NCBI GenBank assembly: GCA_038260305.1
Contig: JBBSNY010000010.1
Location: forward strand, 582 to 64,581
DNA length: 64,000 nucleotides
Source of the DNA: Solirubrobacterales bacterium
GTDB taxonomy: Bacteria; Actinomycetota; Thermoleophilia; Solirubrobacterales; Solirubrobacteraceae
Direction of reading: 5' to 3'
Each line of letters starts with the position of its first letter. Positions within the stretch are counted from its first letter, which is position 1. Both the position numbers and the translations under genes were made by a program. Of the stretch, positions 44,953-53,425 are shown piece after piece. Below the pieces are notes generated by a model. That model saw only the letters and a list, made by a program, of their open reading frames with translations, searched no databases and had not been told where the DNA came from.

Positions 44953-45744
44953 ATGTCCGCCGTGCCCCACCGCACCCGACGCCGCACCGAGCACGAGCCC
45001 AGCCGCATCCTGTCGCGGACGGTCGCGGTGCTGTCCGGGCTGACGTTGCTGGCGGCGGCGAGCGCCCCGCTCGCCGCCGCTGCGAGCGGCACGGCCGGGA
45101 CGGTGGGCGCGGCAGCCGTGCTCGCGCAGGGCAACGCGCAGACCGTGCGCGCCGCGAAGGCATCCAGGGCGACGCTCGGCGCGCGCCTGCTGCGCCGCAC
45201 CGAGCTGCGCAGCAGCCCCGGCGGACCGGTCGTGGCGACGCTCGCCACACGCACCGAGTACGGCTCGCCGCGCGTGCTCGCCGTCGTCGCGCGCCGCGGC
45301 CACTGGCTCGGCGTGCTGTCGGACGCGATGCCCAACTCGCGCGCCGGCTGGATCCCCGCGACCCACGCGCGGCTGCAACAGGAGCGCTACGGCATCGACG
45401 TCGACCGCTCCGAGCGGCTGCTGACGATCCGCCGCGACGGCCGTGTCGTGCGCCGCCTGCGGGTCGCGGTCGGCGCCTCGTCGACCGCTACGCCGACCGG
45501 CCGCTACGCCGTCACCGACTCCGTCCTCTACGGCTCCGGCCCGTACGGCTGCTGCGCGCTGCCGATCACCGGCCATCAGCGCGCCCTGCCGGCCGATCGC
45601 AACCGGCTCGCGATCCACGGCACGATCGCCGAGGCCTCGATCGGCAGCGCGGCGAGCGGCGGCTGCCTGCGCGCCCACGACGCGGACATGCGCTGGCTCA
45701 TCACGCGGATCGCCGCGGGCACACAGGTCCGGATCAGGGCATGA
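44953..45744 (+). CDS. L,D-transpeptidase (YkuD domain), secreted
   Basis: In-frame part of ORF 44626..45744(+), from ATG 44953. Signal/TM segment AVLSGLTLLAAASAPLAAAA. Catalytic region LAIHGTIAEASIGSAASGGCLR. Confidence 0.85.
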   Translation: MSAVPHRTRRRTEHEPSRILSRTVAVLSGLTLLAAASAPLAAAASGTAGTVGAAAVLAQGNAQTVRAAKASRATLGARLLRRTELRSSPGGPVVATLATRTEYGSPRVLAVVARRGHWLGVLSDAMPNSRAGWIPATHARLQQERYGIDVDRSERLLTIRRDGRVVRRLRVAVGASSTATPTGRYAVTDSVLYGSGPYGCCALPITGHQRALPADRNRLAIHGTIAEASIGSAASGGCLRAHDADMRWLITRIAAGTQVRIRA

Positions 45745-47375
45745 GCAGCCTGGCCAGGCGTTCGCCGCTCGTGACGGTGCCCCGATCGACGCCCGCCCTC
45801 CTGCCGGCCGCCCGCCCTGCCGATGAACGTCTGATGTTCGAATCGGACTCCTACCGGGCCGCGGCGCTCGTCAGCTCCTCCCCCGACCCGATCATCTGCT
45901 GCACGCTCGCGGGCCGCATCACAGAATGGAACCCGGCAGCCGAGCGCCTCCACGGCTACTCCTGCGACGAGGCCGTTGGAGCATCGATCGAGCTGCTCGT
46001 GCCGCCGGAGCTCTCCTGCGCGCACCTGCTCGAGCGGATCGCGGCGGGCCGGACCGTTCCTGCGTTCGACACCCAGCGGATGACAAAGGCCGGCGAACGC
46101 GTCGACGTCTCGATCTCGATGTCGCCGATCGCCGACGAGGACGGTGCGATCGTCGGCGCGGCCGCCTTCGAGCGCGACATCGGCCGTCGCGTCCTCGCCC
46201 AGGAGCGCCAGCGCGACAGCGAGATGCTGCTTGTCGGCGCCAACCAGCGACTGGACCGGGCCAACCGCCGCAACGAGGCGCTGCTGAACTCCGCCGGCGA
46301 CGGGATCTACGGCATCGATCGCGACGGCACGACGATCTTCGCGAACCCGGCTGCGGCGCGGCTCTCGGGCCATCACCTCGGCGACATCCTCGGCCGCAGC
46401 CGCCACGATACGTTCCGCCACACGAAGGCCGACGGCAGGCAATACCCGGCGGGGACCTGCCCCGTCTCGGCATCGTTGCAGGACGGCACGGTGCATCGCT
46501 GCGACGCCGACGTCTACTGGCGCAAGGACGGCACGAGCTTCCCCGTCGAGTACACGAGCACGCCGATCCTCGAGGCCGACGGCGTCGTCGGCGCGGTCGT
46601 CGTCTTCAAGGACATCAGCGAGCGCCGCGAGCTCGAGCGCTCGAAGGACACGTTCGTCGCCTCCGTCTCACACGAGCTGCGCACGCCGCTGACCTCGATC
46701 CTCGGCTACCTCGAGCTCATCGGCGACAGCGCCGGCGAGCTCTCGGCCGAGCACCGCCGCTTCCTGCGCGTCGTCGACCGCAACGCCGACCGGTTGCTGC
46801 GCGTCGTCGACGACCTCCTGCTCGTCGCCCAGGTCGACGCGGGGGCGATCGAGCTCGACCTCGTCGCCGTCGACGTCGCCGGTCTCGTCGACGATGCCAT
46901 CGAGGTCGCGCGCCCGCAGGCCACGGCGGCCGGCCTCGAGCTCGTCACGGAGGTCGCCACGAGCGCGATGCTGCACGGCGACCGAGCGCGGCTCGGCCAG
47001 ATCCTCGACAACCTCATCTCCAACGCCGTCAAGTTCACCCCGGCCGGCGGCCACGTCACGCTGCGGGCGTTCGCGCACGACGACGACGTCGTGCTGGAGG
47101 TCTGCGACGACGGTGCCGGGATGTCGGCACGTGAGCAGGAGCAGCTCTTCCAGCGCTTCTATCGAACTCCCGCGGCGTCCGAGCACGCGATCCAGGGCAC
47201 GGGCCTGGGCCTGACGATCGTCAGGGCGCTCGTCGAGGCGCACGGCGGCACGGTCTCGGTAACGAGCGCGACCGGCGCCGGGACGACGTTTCGCATCGCA
47301 CTGCCGGCCGGCGACGATCGCGCCGCCCCGTCGGCGGCGCTCCCCGCGGCGGCTGGTCAGCCAGGCCGCAGGTAG
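45741..47375 (+). CDS. cytoplasmic PAS-PAS sensor histidine kinase
   Basis: In-frame part of ORF 44916..47375(+), from ATG 45741, which overlaps the transpeptidase stop (ATGA). Two PAS-like modules. H-box SHELRTPLTSILGY. N/G boxes NLISNAVKFTP and GTGLGLTIV. No TM segment. Confidence 0.9.
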   Translation: MSSLARRSPLVTVPRSTPALLPAARPADERLMFESDSYRAAALVSSSPDPIICCTLAGRITEWNPAAERLHGYSCDEAVGASIELLVPPELSCAHLLERIAAGRTVPAFDTQRMTKAGERVDVSISMSPIADEDGAIVGAAAFERDIGRRVLAQERQRDSEMLLVGANQRLDRANRRNEALLNSAGDGIYGIDRDGTTIFANPAAARLSGHHLGDILGRSRHDTFRHTKADGRQYPAGTCPVSASLQDGTVHRCDADVYWRKDGTSFPVEYTSTPILEADGVVGAVVVFKDISERRELERSKDTFVASVSHELRTPLTSILGYLELIGDSAGELSAEHRRFLRVVDRNADRLLRVVDDLLLVAQVDAGAIELDLVAVDVAGLVDDAIEVARPQATAAGLELVTEVATSAMLHGDRARLGQILDNLISNAVKFTPAGGHVTLRAFAHDDDVVLEVCDDGAGMSAREQEQLFQRFYRTPAASEHAIQGTGLGLTIVRALVEAHGGTVSVTSATGAGTTFRIALPAGDDRAAPSAALPAAAGQPGRR

Positions 47376-48052
47376 CGGTAGCCGAAGCCGCGCACCGTCT
47401 GGATGAGGTCCGGGCCGATCTTGCGCCGCAGGTAGCCGACGTAGAGCTTCACCTGATCGGGCGATACGTGGAGCGGGTCGTCCCAGGCGAGCTCGATGAG
47501 CTGCTCGCGGCTGAGGACCTGGTGCGGGTGGCGCACGAACGCCGACAGCAGCCGGAACTCGAGCGGCGTCAGGGCGACGTCCTCGCCGCGGCGCTTGACG
47601 GCGTAGCTCGCGAAGTCGATCTCGAGCGCATCGTCTTCGTAGCGCTCGTGCGTATGCACGCCGCCGCGGCGGGTGCGGCGCAGCAGCGCGTCGACGCGGG
47701 CGAGCAGCTCCTGGCGGCCGAACGGCTTGACGACGTAGTCATCGCTGCCGCCGCGCAGGCCGCGCACGAGCTCGAGCTCAAGGCTGCGGGCGGTCAGCAT
47801 CAGGACCGGGACGTCGCTGAGATCGCGGATCCGCTCGAGCGTCTGCCAGCCGTCGAGCTCGGGCATCGTGACGTCGAGGATGACGAGGTCCGGCGGATGG
47901 GCGTGAAATGCGCGCAGACCCGCGCGGCCGTCGCAGGCCAAGCGCACGTCGTGCCCGCCGCGCTCGAGCAGGACGCCGAGCAGCTCGCGGATGTCACGCT
48001 CGTCGTCGACTACGAGGATCGCCGAGCGCGGTGGGCTCTGACTCGAGGCCAT
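47357..48052 (-). CDS. OmpR-family response regulator
   Basis: ORF 47357..48352(-), trimmed to ATG 48052, preceded by TAGGAGGTAT. Matching stretches: ILVVDDERDIRE, LVILDVTMPELDG, LTPLEFRLL, VRGFGYRY. Confidence 0.9.
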   Translation of the reverse strand: MASSQSPPRSAILVVDDERDIRELLGVLLERGGHDVRLACDGRAGLRAFHAHPPDLVILDVTMPELDGWQTLERIRDLSDVPVLMLTARSLELELVRGLRGGSDDYVVKPFGRQELLARVDALLRRTRRGGVHTHERYEDDALEIDFASYAVKRRGEDVALTPLEFRLLSAFVRHPHQVLSREQLIELAWDDPLHVSPDQVKLYVGYLRRKIGPDLIQTVRGFGYRYLRPG

Positions 48053-48110
48053 ACCTCCTATGTCGGCGCATTGGCGCCGCGACGTGAGGATGGCGCGGAC
48101 GCCGCGCGCG

Positions 48111-49214
48111 TCAGAATGCCGCCGCGAGCGCCGCGGCGCCGAACGTCGCGAGCCGGCCTGCCGCGTCGCCGCCGGTCGCCTTGCCGGGGTGCGACGCGCC
48201 GTTGAGCCCGTCGAAGCTCGGGTCGTTGACCGACGGATCGCCGACGACGACGCGCTCGCAGCCGTGCGCCGCCGCGTACTGGCCCTCGGCGACGTTCTCG
48301 ACATACGCGACGTCGTTGCCGGGACCGCAGTCGTAGAGGTCGATGCGAGCACCGCCGTAGAGCGCGTCGTCGCCGTCGCCGCCGAAGATGCGATCGTTCG
48401 ATCCGCCGCCGATCACGATGTCGTTGCCGGGGCCGCCGTCGGAGAGCCCGTCGCCGAGCTGATCGGCGTTCTCGCGCGTGGGGATCTGCGGGCCGCCGCG
48501 GATGACGTCGTTGCCGGGGCCGCCGTGGATCACGCGATCCGTGCCGCCCGCCGTGGCGATGTAGTCGTCGCCGGGGCCGCCGTCGATCGTCTCCTCGGCG
48601 TCGGAGAGCTGCTCGACGATGTAGTCGTTGCCGCGACCGCCGATGAGGACGTCTGCCCCGGGGCCGCCGTCGATGCGGTCGTTGCCGTCGCCACCGTCGA
48701 CACGATCCTCGCCGGCGCCGCCATCGAGGGTGTCGTTGCCCGCGCCGCCGTTGAGACGGTCGTCGGCGGCGTCGCCGTTGATCGTGTCGACGCCGGCGCC
48801 GCCGTACAGGCGGTCCGCCTGCGATCCGCCGTCGATGCGGTCGTTGCCCGCGCGGCCGTACGCGCGGTCGCGGCCCGCGCCGCCGACCAGGTGATCGTCA
48901 CCGCTGCCGCCGTCGAGGAAGTCGTCGCCGCCCGCGCCGAGGAGCCGGTCGTTGCCTGTGCCGCCGGTGAGCCGGTCGGCGTCGGTGCCGCCATCGAGGC
49001 GATCGTTGCCGCCGAACCCGCGCAGGGTGTCCTTGCCCTCGCGGCCGAAGAGGCGGTCGGCGTGCGACGTGCCGAGCAGCGTGTTCGCCTTCGCGGTGCC
49101 GCGCTTCGTGACGGCCGCCGCGGTCGCGGCGATCGTCAACAGGAGGGCGAGGGCGATCATGGCGGGCAGCAGCCGTGACGTGAGGCGATGGGTGCGGAGA
49201 TCCACGCTTGACAC
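48111..49214 (-). CDS. hemolysin-type calcium-binding (RTX-like) repeat protein with N-terminal signal/TM segment
   Basis: ORF 48111..49214(-). More than 15 GGxGxD-type nonapeptides (GGNDRLDGG, GGTGNDRLLG, GGAGNDTLDGGAGEDRVDGGDGNDRIDGG, ...). N-terminal LLPAMIALALLLTIAATAAA. Confidence 0.85.
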   Translation of the reverse strand: MSSVDLRTHRLTSRLLPAMIALALLLTIAATAAAVTKRGTAKANTLLGTSHADRLFGREGKDTLRGFGGNDRLDGGTDADRLTGGTGNDRLLGAGGDDFLDGGSGDDHLVGGAGRDRAYGRAGNDRIDGGSQADRLYGGAGVDTINGDAADDRLNGGAGNDTLDGGAGEDRVDGGDGNDRIDGGPGADVLIGGRGNDYIVEQLSDAEETIDGGPGDDYIATAGGTDRVIHGGPGNDVIRGGPQIPTRENADQLGDGLSDGGPGNDIVIGGGSNDRIFGGDGDDALYGGARIDLYDCGPGNDVAYVENVAEGQYAAAHGCERVVVGDPSVNDPSFDGLNGASHPGKATGGDAAGRLATFGAAALAAAF

Positions 49215-49301
49215 CTACCCCCGCGCCGCGTTGGCTACCCGACGAGGCCGTCGGCAAGCCCCGGGCCCTCGCGTTGCATCCACAACGACGCGTGCCATCG
49301 G

Positions 49302-49664
49302 CTACTGCGAGCGGATGCGCTTGAACTCGTCGCGCGCGGACTGCGGGCGACCCCACATCTGCGTCACCTCGACGCGTCCGCAGCGCATCTCGCGCAGCGC
49401 GAGCTCACCCTCGATGCCGGCGTCGTCGAGCAGCTTGAGCGTCCCGTGCACGGCGGGTGCGGCCGCGGCGTGCCCGAAGCGGTGCGCGACGAGCAGCTTC
49501 CAGTGCCAGTCGTGACGCGAGTAGGGCTGGGCGTTGCACGTCACGAGGTACGTGGCCGCGTCGATGTAGCGCTTCTCGTCGGCGATCCGCAGGTCGAGCT
49601 CGAGGTCGGTCCAGTCGTCGGGAAGCGAATCGACGATCTGCGTGAACGTGTGTGCGAGCGCCAT
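49302..49664 (-). CDS. hypothetical protein (120 aa)
   Basis: ORF 49302..49664(-). Good third-position GC. No motif recognised. Confidence 0.55.
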   Translation of the reverse strand: MALAHTFTQIVDSLPDDWTDLELDLRIADEKRYIDAATYLVTCNAQPYSRHDWHWKLLVAHRFGHAAAAPAVHGTLKLLDDAGIEGELALREMRCGRVEVTQMWGRPQSARDEFKRIRSQ

Positions 49665-49710
49665 TGGCGCGCAAGGCTAGCGGGACGGGCGGCCCGCCGC
49701 CCGCCGCGCC

Positions 49711-50499
49711 TCAGTACACCTCCGGGACGAAGGTCTGGTCGGTGATCGGGGGTCGCACGTAGTGGCCGTCGTCCTGGCGTGCCGGAAGCTCGAGCGGCGG
49801 CGGGATGACGTCCTCGTAGGGGATCATCGACAGCAGGTGCGCGATGCAGTTGAGGCGGGCGCGGCGCTTGTCGTTCGCATCGACGACGTACCACGGCGCC
49901 TGCTTGATGTCGGTCGCCGCGAACATGTTGTCCTTCGCCCGCGAGTACTCCACCCACTTCTCGCGCGACTGCAGGTCCATCGGGCTGAGCTTCCAGCGGC
50001 GCATCGGGTCCGTGATGCGCGCCTGGAAGCGCTTCTCCTGCTCGGCATCAGAGACCGAGAACCAGTACTTGATGAGAATGATCCCGGATAGCACAAGCAT
50101 CCGCTCAAACTCCGGGCAGGAGCGCATGAACTCCTGGTACTCCTCCTCGGTGCAGAAGCCCATCACGCGCTCGACGCCGGCGCGGTTGTACCAGGAGCGG
50201 TCGAACATCACGAGCTCGCCGGCCGCGGGCAGGTGGGCCGCGTAGCGCTGGAAGTACCACTGCGTGCGCTCGCGCTCGGTCGGCGCGGCGAGCGCGGCGA
50301 TCCGCCACACCCTTGGGCTCGTTCGCTCGGCGATGCGCTTGATGACACCGCCCTTGCCGGCGGCGTCGCGGCCCTCGAAGACGACGACGACCTTGAGGCC
50401 CTCGGCCTTCATGTACTCCTGCATCAGGACGAGCTCGCGCTGCAGGCGCGTCAGCTCCTTGTCGAAGACCTTGCGGTCGAGCTTCTTGATCTTTGCCAT
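49711..50499 (-). CDS. ppk2: polyphosphate kinase 2
   Basis: ORF 49711..50859(-), trimmed to ATG 50499 (MAKIKKLDRKVFDKEL). Matching stretches: VVFEGRDAAGKGG, FDRSWYNRAGVERV, KYWFSVSDAEQEKRF. Confidence 0.9.
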   Translation of the reverse strand: MAKIKKLDRKVFDKELTRLQRELVLMQEYMKAEGLKVVVVFEGRDAAGKGGVIKRIAERTSPRVWRIAALAAPTERERTQWYFQRYAAHLPAAGELVMFDRSWYNRAGVERVMGFCTEEEYQEFMRSCPEFERMLVLSGIILIKYWFSVSDAEQEKRFQARITDPMRRWKLSPMDLQSREKWVEYSRAKDNMFAATDIKQAPWYVVDANDKRRARLNCIAHLLSMIPYEDVIPPPLELPARQDDGHYVRPPITDQTFVPEVY

Positions 50500-50576
50500 A
50501 CGGCCCAGTCTCGTGCGCGGCGACGCGCCGGACAAGGCCGTGGTGGCGCAAATGCGGCCCCGTCGACTGGACACCG

Positions 50577-52331
50577 CTACCGCTTGATGCGCTTGAGCCT
50601 GATCGTCCGCTTCGTCGGCTTCACCTTGCGGTCGGATGGAGTCAGCGTGAGGGTCGCCTTGAGCGCGCTGCGCGAGAGGCGTAGGCGCTTGCGGCCGATC
50701 GGGTTGAGCTTGATGACCAAGCGACGGCTGCTCCCCGCCGCCACGGAGTAGCGCCCGCTGGCGAGGATGATCGTCGATGTTGCGGCCGAGCGCGCGGAAG
50801 CCGCTGTGCGTGCCACGGTGATCTTCGCCGTTCCTGTGCACTTCGCGACCTTGCCGCATCGCAGCAGGACGCGGATCGTCCCCGCGCTCGAGGGCGTGAC
50901 GAATGCCGGAACACGCCCGAGCGAGACGACCGCGTGCTTGGTGCTCGAAGCGTCGCCGGTGCCACCCGTCCCACTGGTCCCGCCCGTGCCGGTCCCGCCC
51001 GTGCCGGTCCCGCCCGTGCCGGTCCCGCCGCTGGCGGTCCCACCGACGCCGGTCGCGCCAGTGCCGGTCCCCCCAGCAGCGGTCCCGCCGTCGCCGGTGC
51101 CTCCGGTGGCGCCCCCGCCGCCGCCACCCGTGCCGCCGCCGCCCGCGGGCGCTGGATCAACGGTGTAGCCGACGGTCTTGGTTGCCGTGTTCCCCGCGAC
51201 ATCGGTCGCCGTGACCTTGAACTGATGCGCGCCCGCCGCAGCGGTATCGACCATCGCCGGATACAAACACGACGCAACCCCCGACCCACCCGGGTCCGAG
51301 CACGCGACAACCGACGACACAGACGCCCCGAGCGCGAAGTTCGCGCCCACCGCCGGCGTGCTCACCACGATCGTCGGCGGCGTCTGATCAACGAGCACCA
51401 CCGTGTAGTGAACCGTCTTGGTCGCGTGATGGCCCTCGTTATCGGCGGCCGACACGACGAACGTGTGCGCACCGACCGAGGACGTATCGACCGTCGCCGG
51501 ATAGTCGCACGACGCGATACCACTGCCAGGCGCGCTGCACCCAGCATCCGACGCCAAAGAAGAGCCCTGCGCGTACTGCCCGCCCTCCGCCGGAGTCGTG
51601 ACCGTGATGGTGACCGGATCCGTCGTACCCGACGCATCCACGATGTACTGCACCGAGCTCGACGTCGTGTTACCCGCACCATCCTGCGCCGTAGCCGCAA
51701 ACGTATGGGTGCCCGTCGCCGCCGTATCGACCATCGCGGGATACACACACGAGGAGAGACCACTGCCACCCGCATCGCTACACGACACGACCGACGTCAC
51801 GCTCGCACCCTGCACAAGATGCTGGCCGTTGGTCGGCGTCGAAAACGCGATCGTCGGCGGCGTCCTATCCGCGCCGACGGTGTAGCCGACGGTCTCGGTC
51901 GCCGTGTTCCCCGCGACATCGGTCGCCGTGACCATGAACTCATGGGCGCCCGCCGCAGCGGTATCGACCATCGCCGGATACACACACGACAAAACCCCCG
52001 ACCCACCCGGGTCCGAGCACGCGACGTCCGACGACACCAAGGCCCCAACCGCGAAGTCCGCACCCGCCGCCGGCGTGCTCACCACGATCGTCGGCGGCGT
52101 CTCATCAAAGACCACCTCGGCGCTGTTCGAACACGTCTCCGGCGCTGTGATCGCCGTGCAGCCGCGGCTCGCCGGCTGCGGGAACCCGATCATGCCGACC
52201 GCGCTCGCCGACGCCGGTGCGACGGTGGCGGCGGCCGGCCCGCAGAAGGCAGCCATCGCCGTCAGGCCGACGCTGAGGACGAGCACGCCCCTGTGTGCCC
52301 AGCGGACGATCTCAAACGCTGATCGCGACAT
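50577..52331 (-). CDS. secreted protein with four ~90-aa Ig-like (HYR-like) repeats, Gly/Thr linker and basic C-terminal domain
   Basis: ORF 50577..52439(-), trimmed to ATG 52331. There are four repeats of the type PPTI..STP..G......SV.S.V.CSD.GGSG..SC.YPA.VDT...G.H.F.V.A.D.AGN....V.YTV. The linker is GGTGTGGTGTGGTGTGG. Confidence 0.75.
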   Translation of the reverse strand: MSRSAFEIVRWAHRGVLVLSVGLTAMAAFCGPAAATVAPASASAVGMIGFPQPASRGCTAITAPETCSNSAEVVFDETPPTIVVSTPAAGADFAVGALVSSDVACSDPGGSGVLSCVYPAMVDTAAAGAHEFMVTATDVAGNTATETVGYTVGADRTPPTIAFSTPTNGQHLVQGASVTSVVSCSDAGGSGLSSCVYPAMVDTAATGTHTFAATAQDGAGNTTSSSVQYIVDASGTTDPVTITVTTPAEGGQYAQGSSLASDAGCSAPGSGIASCDYPATVDTSSVGAHTFVVSAADNEGHHATKTVHYTVVLVDQTPPTIVVSTPAVGANFALGASVSSVVACSDPGGSGVASCLYPAMVDTAAAGAHQFKVTATDVAGNTATKTVGYTVDPAPAGGGGTGGGGGGATGGTGDGGTAAGGTGTGATGVGGTASGGTGTGGTGTGGTGTGGTSGTGGTGDASSTKHAVVSLGRVPAFVTPSSAGTIRVLLRCGKVAKCTGTAKITVARTAASARSAATSTIILASGRYSVAAGSSRRLVIKLNPIGRKRLRLSRSALKATLTLTPSDRKVKPTKRTIRLKRIKR

Positions 52332-52465
52332 CACTACCCCAGTCCTTGGTCCCTCGCGGAGCGATTCCGTGCCCGCGAACGTGGCTGACGCTATCAGAGG
52401 GCCAAGCGCGATCCACACGCTCGAACGGCGCCCGCGCACCCGGGGACTCGGGCTATCCTCCGACG

Positions 52466-53425
52466 ATGCCCACGATCACCGACGAGCTCGTCGCCGAGCA
52501 CCGTGCGCTCATCCGGGAATGCGGCCTCATCGACCGTTCGGAGCGCGGCAAGCTCGCGCTCACCGGCAGCGAATGCAATGCGTTTCTGGCCGGTCAGGTG
52601 ACGAACGACATCGTCGGGCTCGAGGCTGGCCGCGGCTGCTACGCGGCGTTTCTCACCCACAAGGGCAAGATGCTCGGCGACCTGCGCGTACTGGCTGTCG
52701 GCGAGCCGGCTGCGGAGCTGCTGCTCGACACCGAGCGCGCGACCCTGCAGGCGCTCTTCGACCTCGTCCGACGTTTCAAGATCGGCTATGACGTCGAGCT
52801 GCACAAGCGCACCGTTCAGCGCGGGCTGCTGTCGTTGATCGGCCCGCGGGCGCGGGCAATCGCCGGCGCGCAGGACCTCGCCGAGGAGGAGCACGCCCAC
52901 CGCGCCGGAGCGATCGCCGGCCACGCCGTGCGACTGATCGTCACCGACGGCGGCATCGACGTGCTCTGCGACGCCGACGACACCGACGCCGTGCGCGCAG
53001 CGCTGGAGCAGGACGGCGCGACGCCCGTCTCGGAGGCCGCCACCGAGATCGTCCGCGTCGAGCGCGGGCGCCCGCGCTATGGCTTCGACCTCGACGACAC
53101 GACGATCCCTCAGGAGGCGGGCCTGAACGCCCGCGCGGTGAGCTTCACGAAGGGCTGCTATGTCGGCCAGGAGACGGTCGCGCGGCTCTTCTACCGCGGC
53201 AAGCCCAACCGCCACCTGCGCGGCCTGCGGCTGTCGGAGCCCGCGCCGGTCGGAACGGAGCTGCAGCTCGGCGAGCGCGTCGTCGGTCGCCTCACGAGCT
53301 CCGTCGTCTCCCCCACCGACGGACCGATCGCGCTCGCGCTCGTGCGCCGCGAGGCTCCGGTCGGCGAGACCGTCGCGCTCGCCGGCGGCGCCAGCGCCGA
53401 GGTCGTCGAGCTCCCATTCAGCTGA
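52466..53425 (+). CDS. ygfZ: folate-binding protein YgfZ / GcvT-family
   Basis: ORF 52295..53425(+), trimmed to ATG 52466 (MPTITDELVAEHRAL). LTGSECNAFLAGQVTND and the hallmark KGCYVGQE. Confidence 0.85.
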   Translation: MPTITDELVAEHRALIRECGLIDRSERGKLALTGSECNAFLAGQVTNDIVGLEAGRGCYAAFLTHKGKMLGDLRVLAVGEPAAELLLDTERATLQALFDLVRRFKIGYDVELHKRTVQRGLLSLIGPRARAIAGAQDLAEEEHAHRAGAIAGHAVRLIVTDGGIDVLCDADDTDAVRAALEQDGATPVSEAATEIVRVERGRPRYGFDLDDTTIPQEAGLNARAVSFTKGCYVGQETVARLFYRGKPNRHLRGLRLSEPAPVGTELQLGERVVGRLTSSVVSPTDGPIALALVRREAPVGETVALAGGASAEVVELPFS

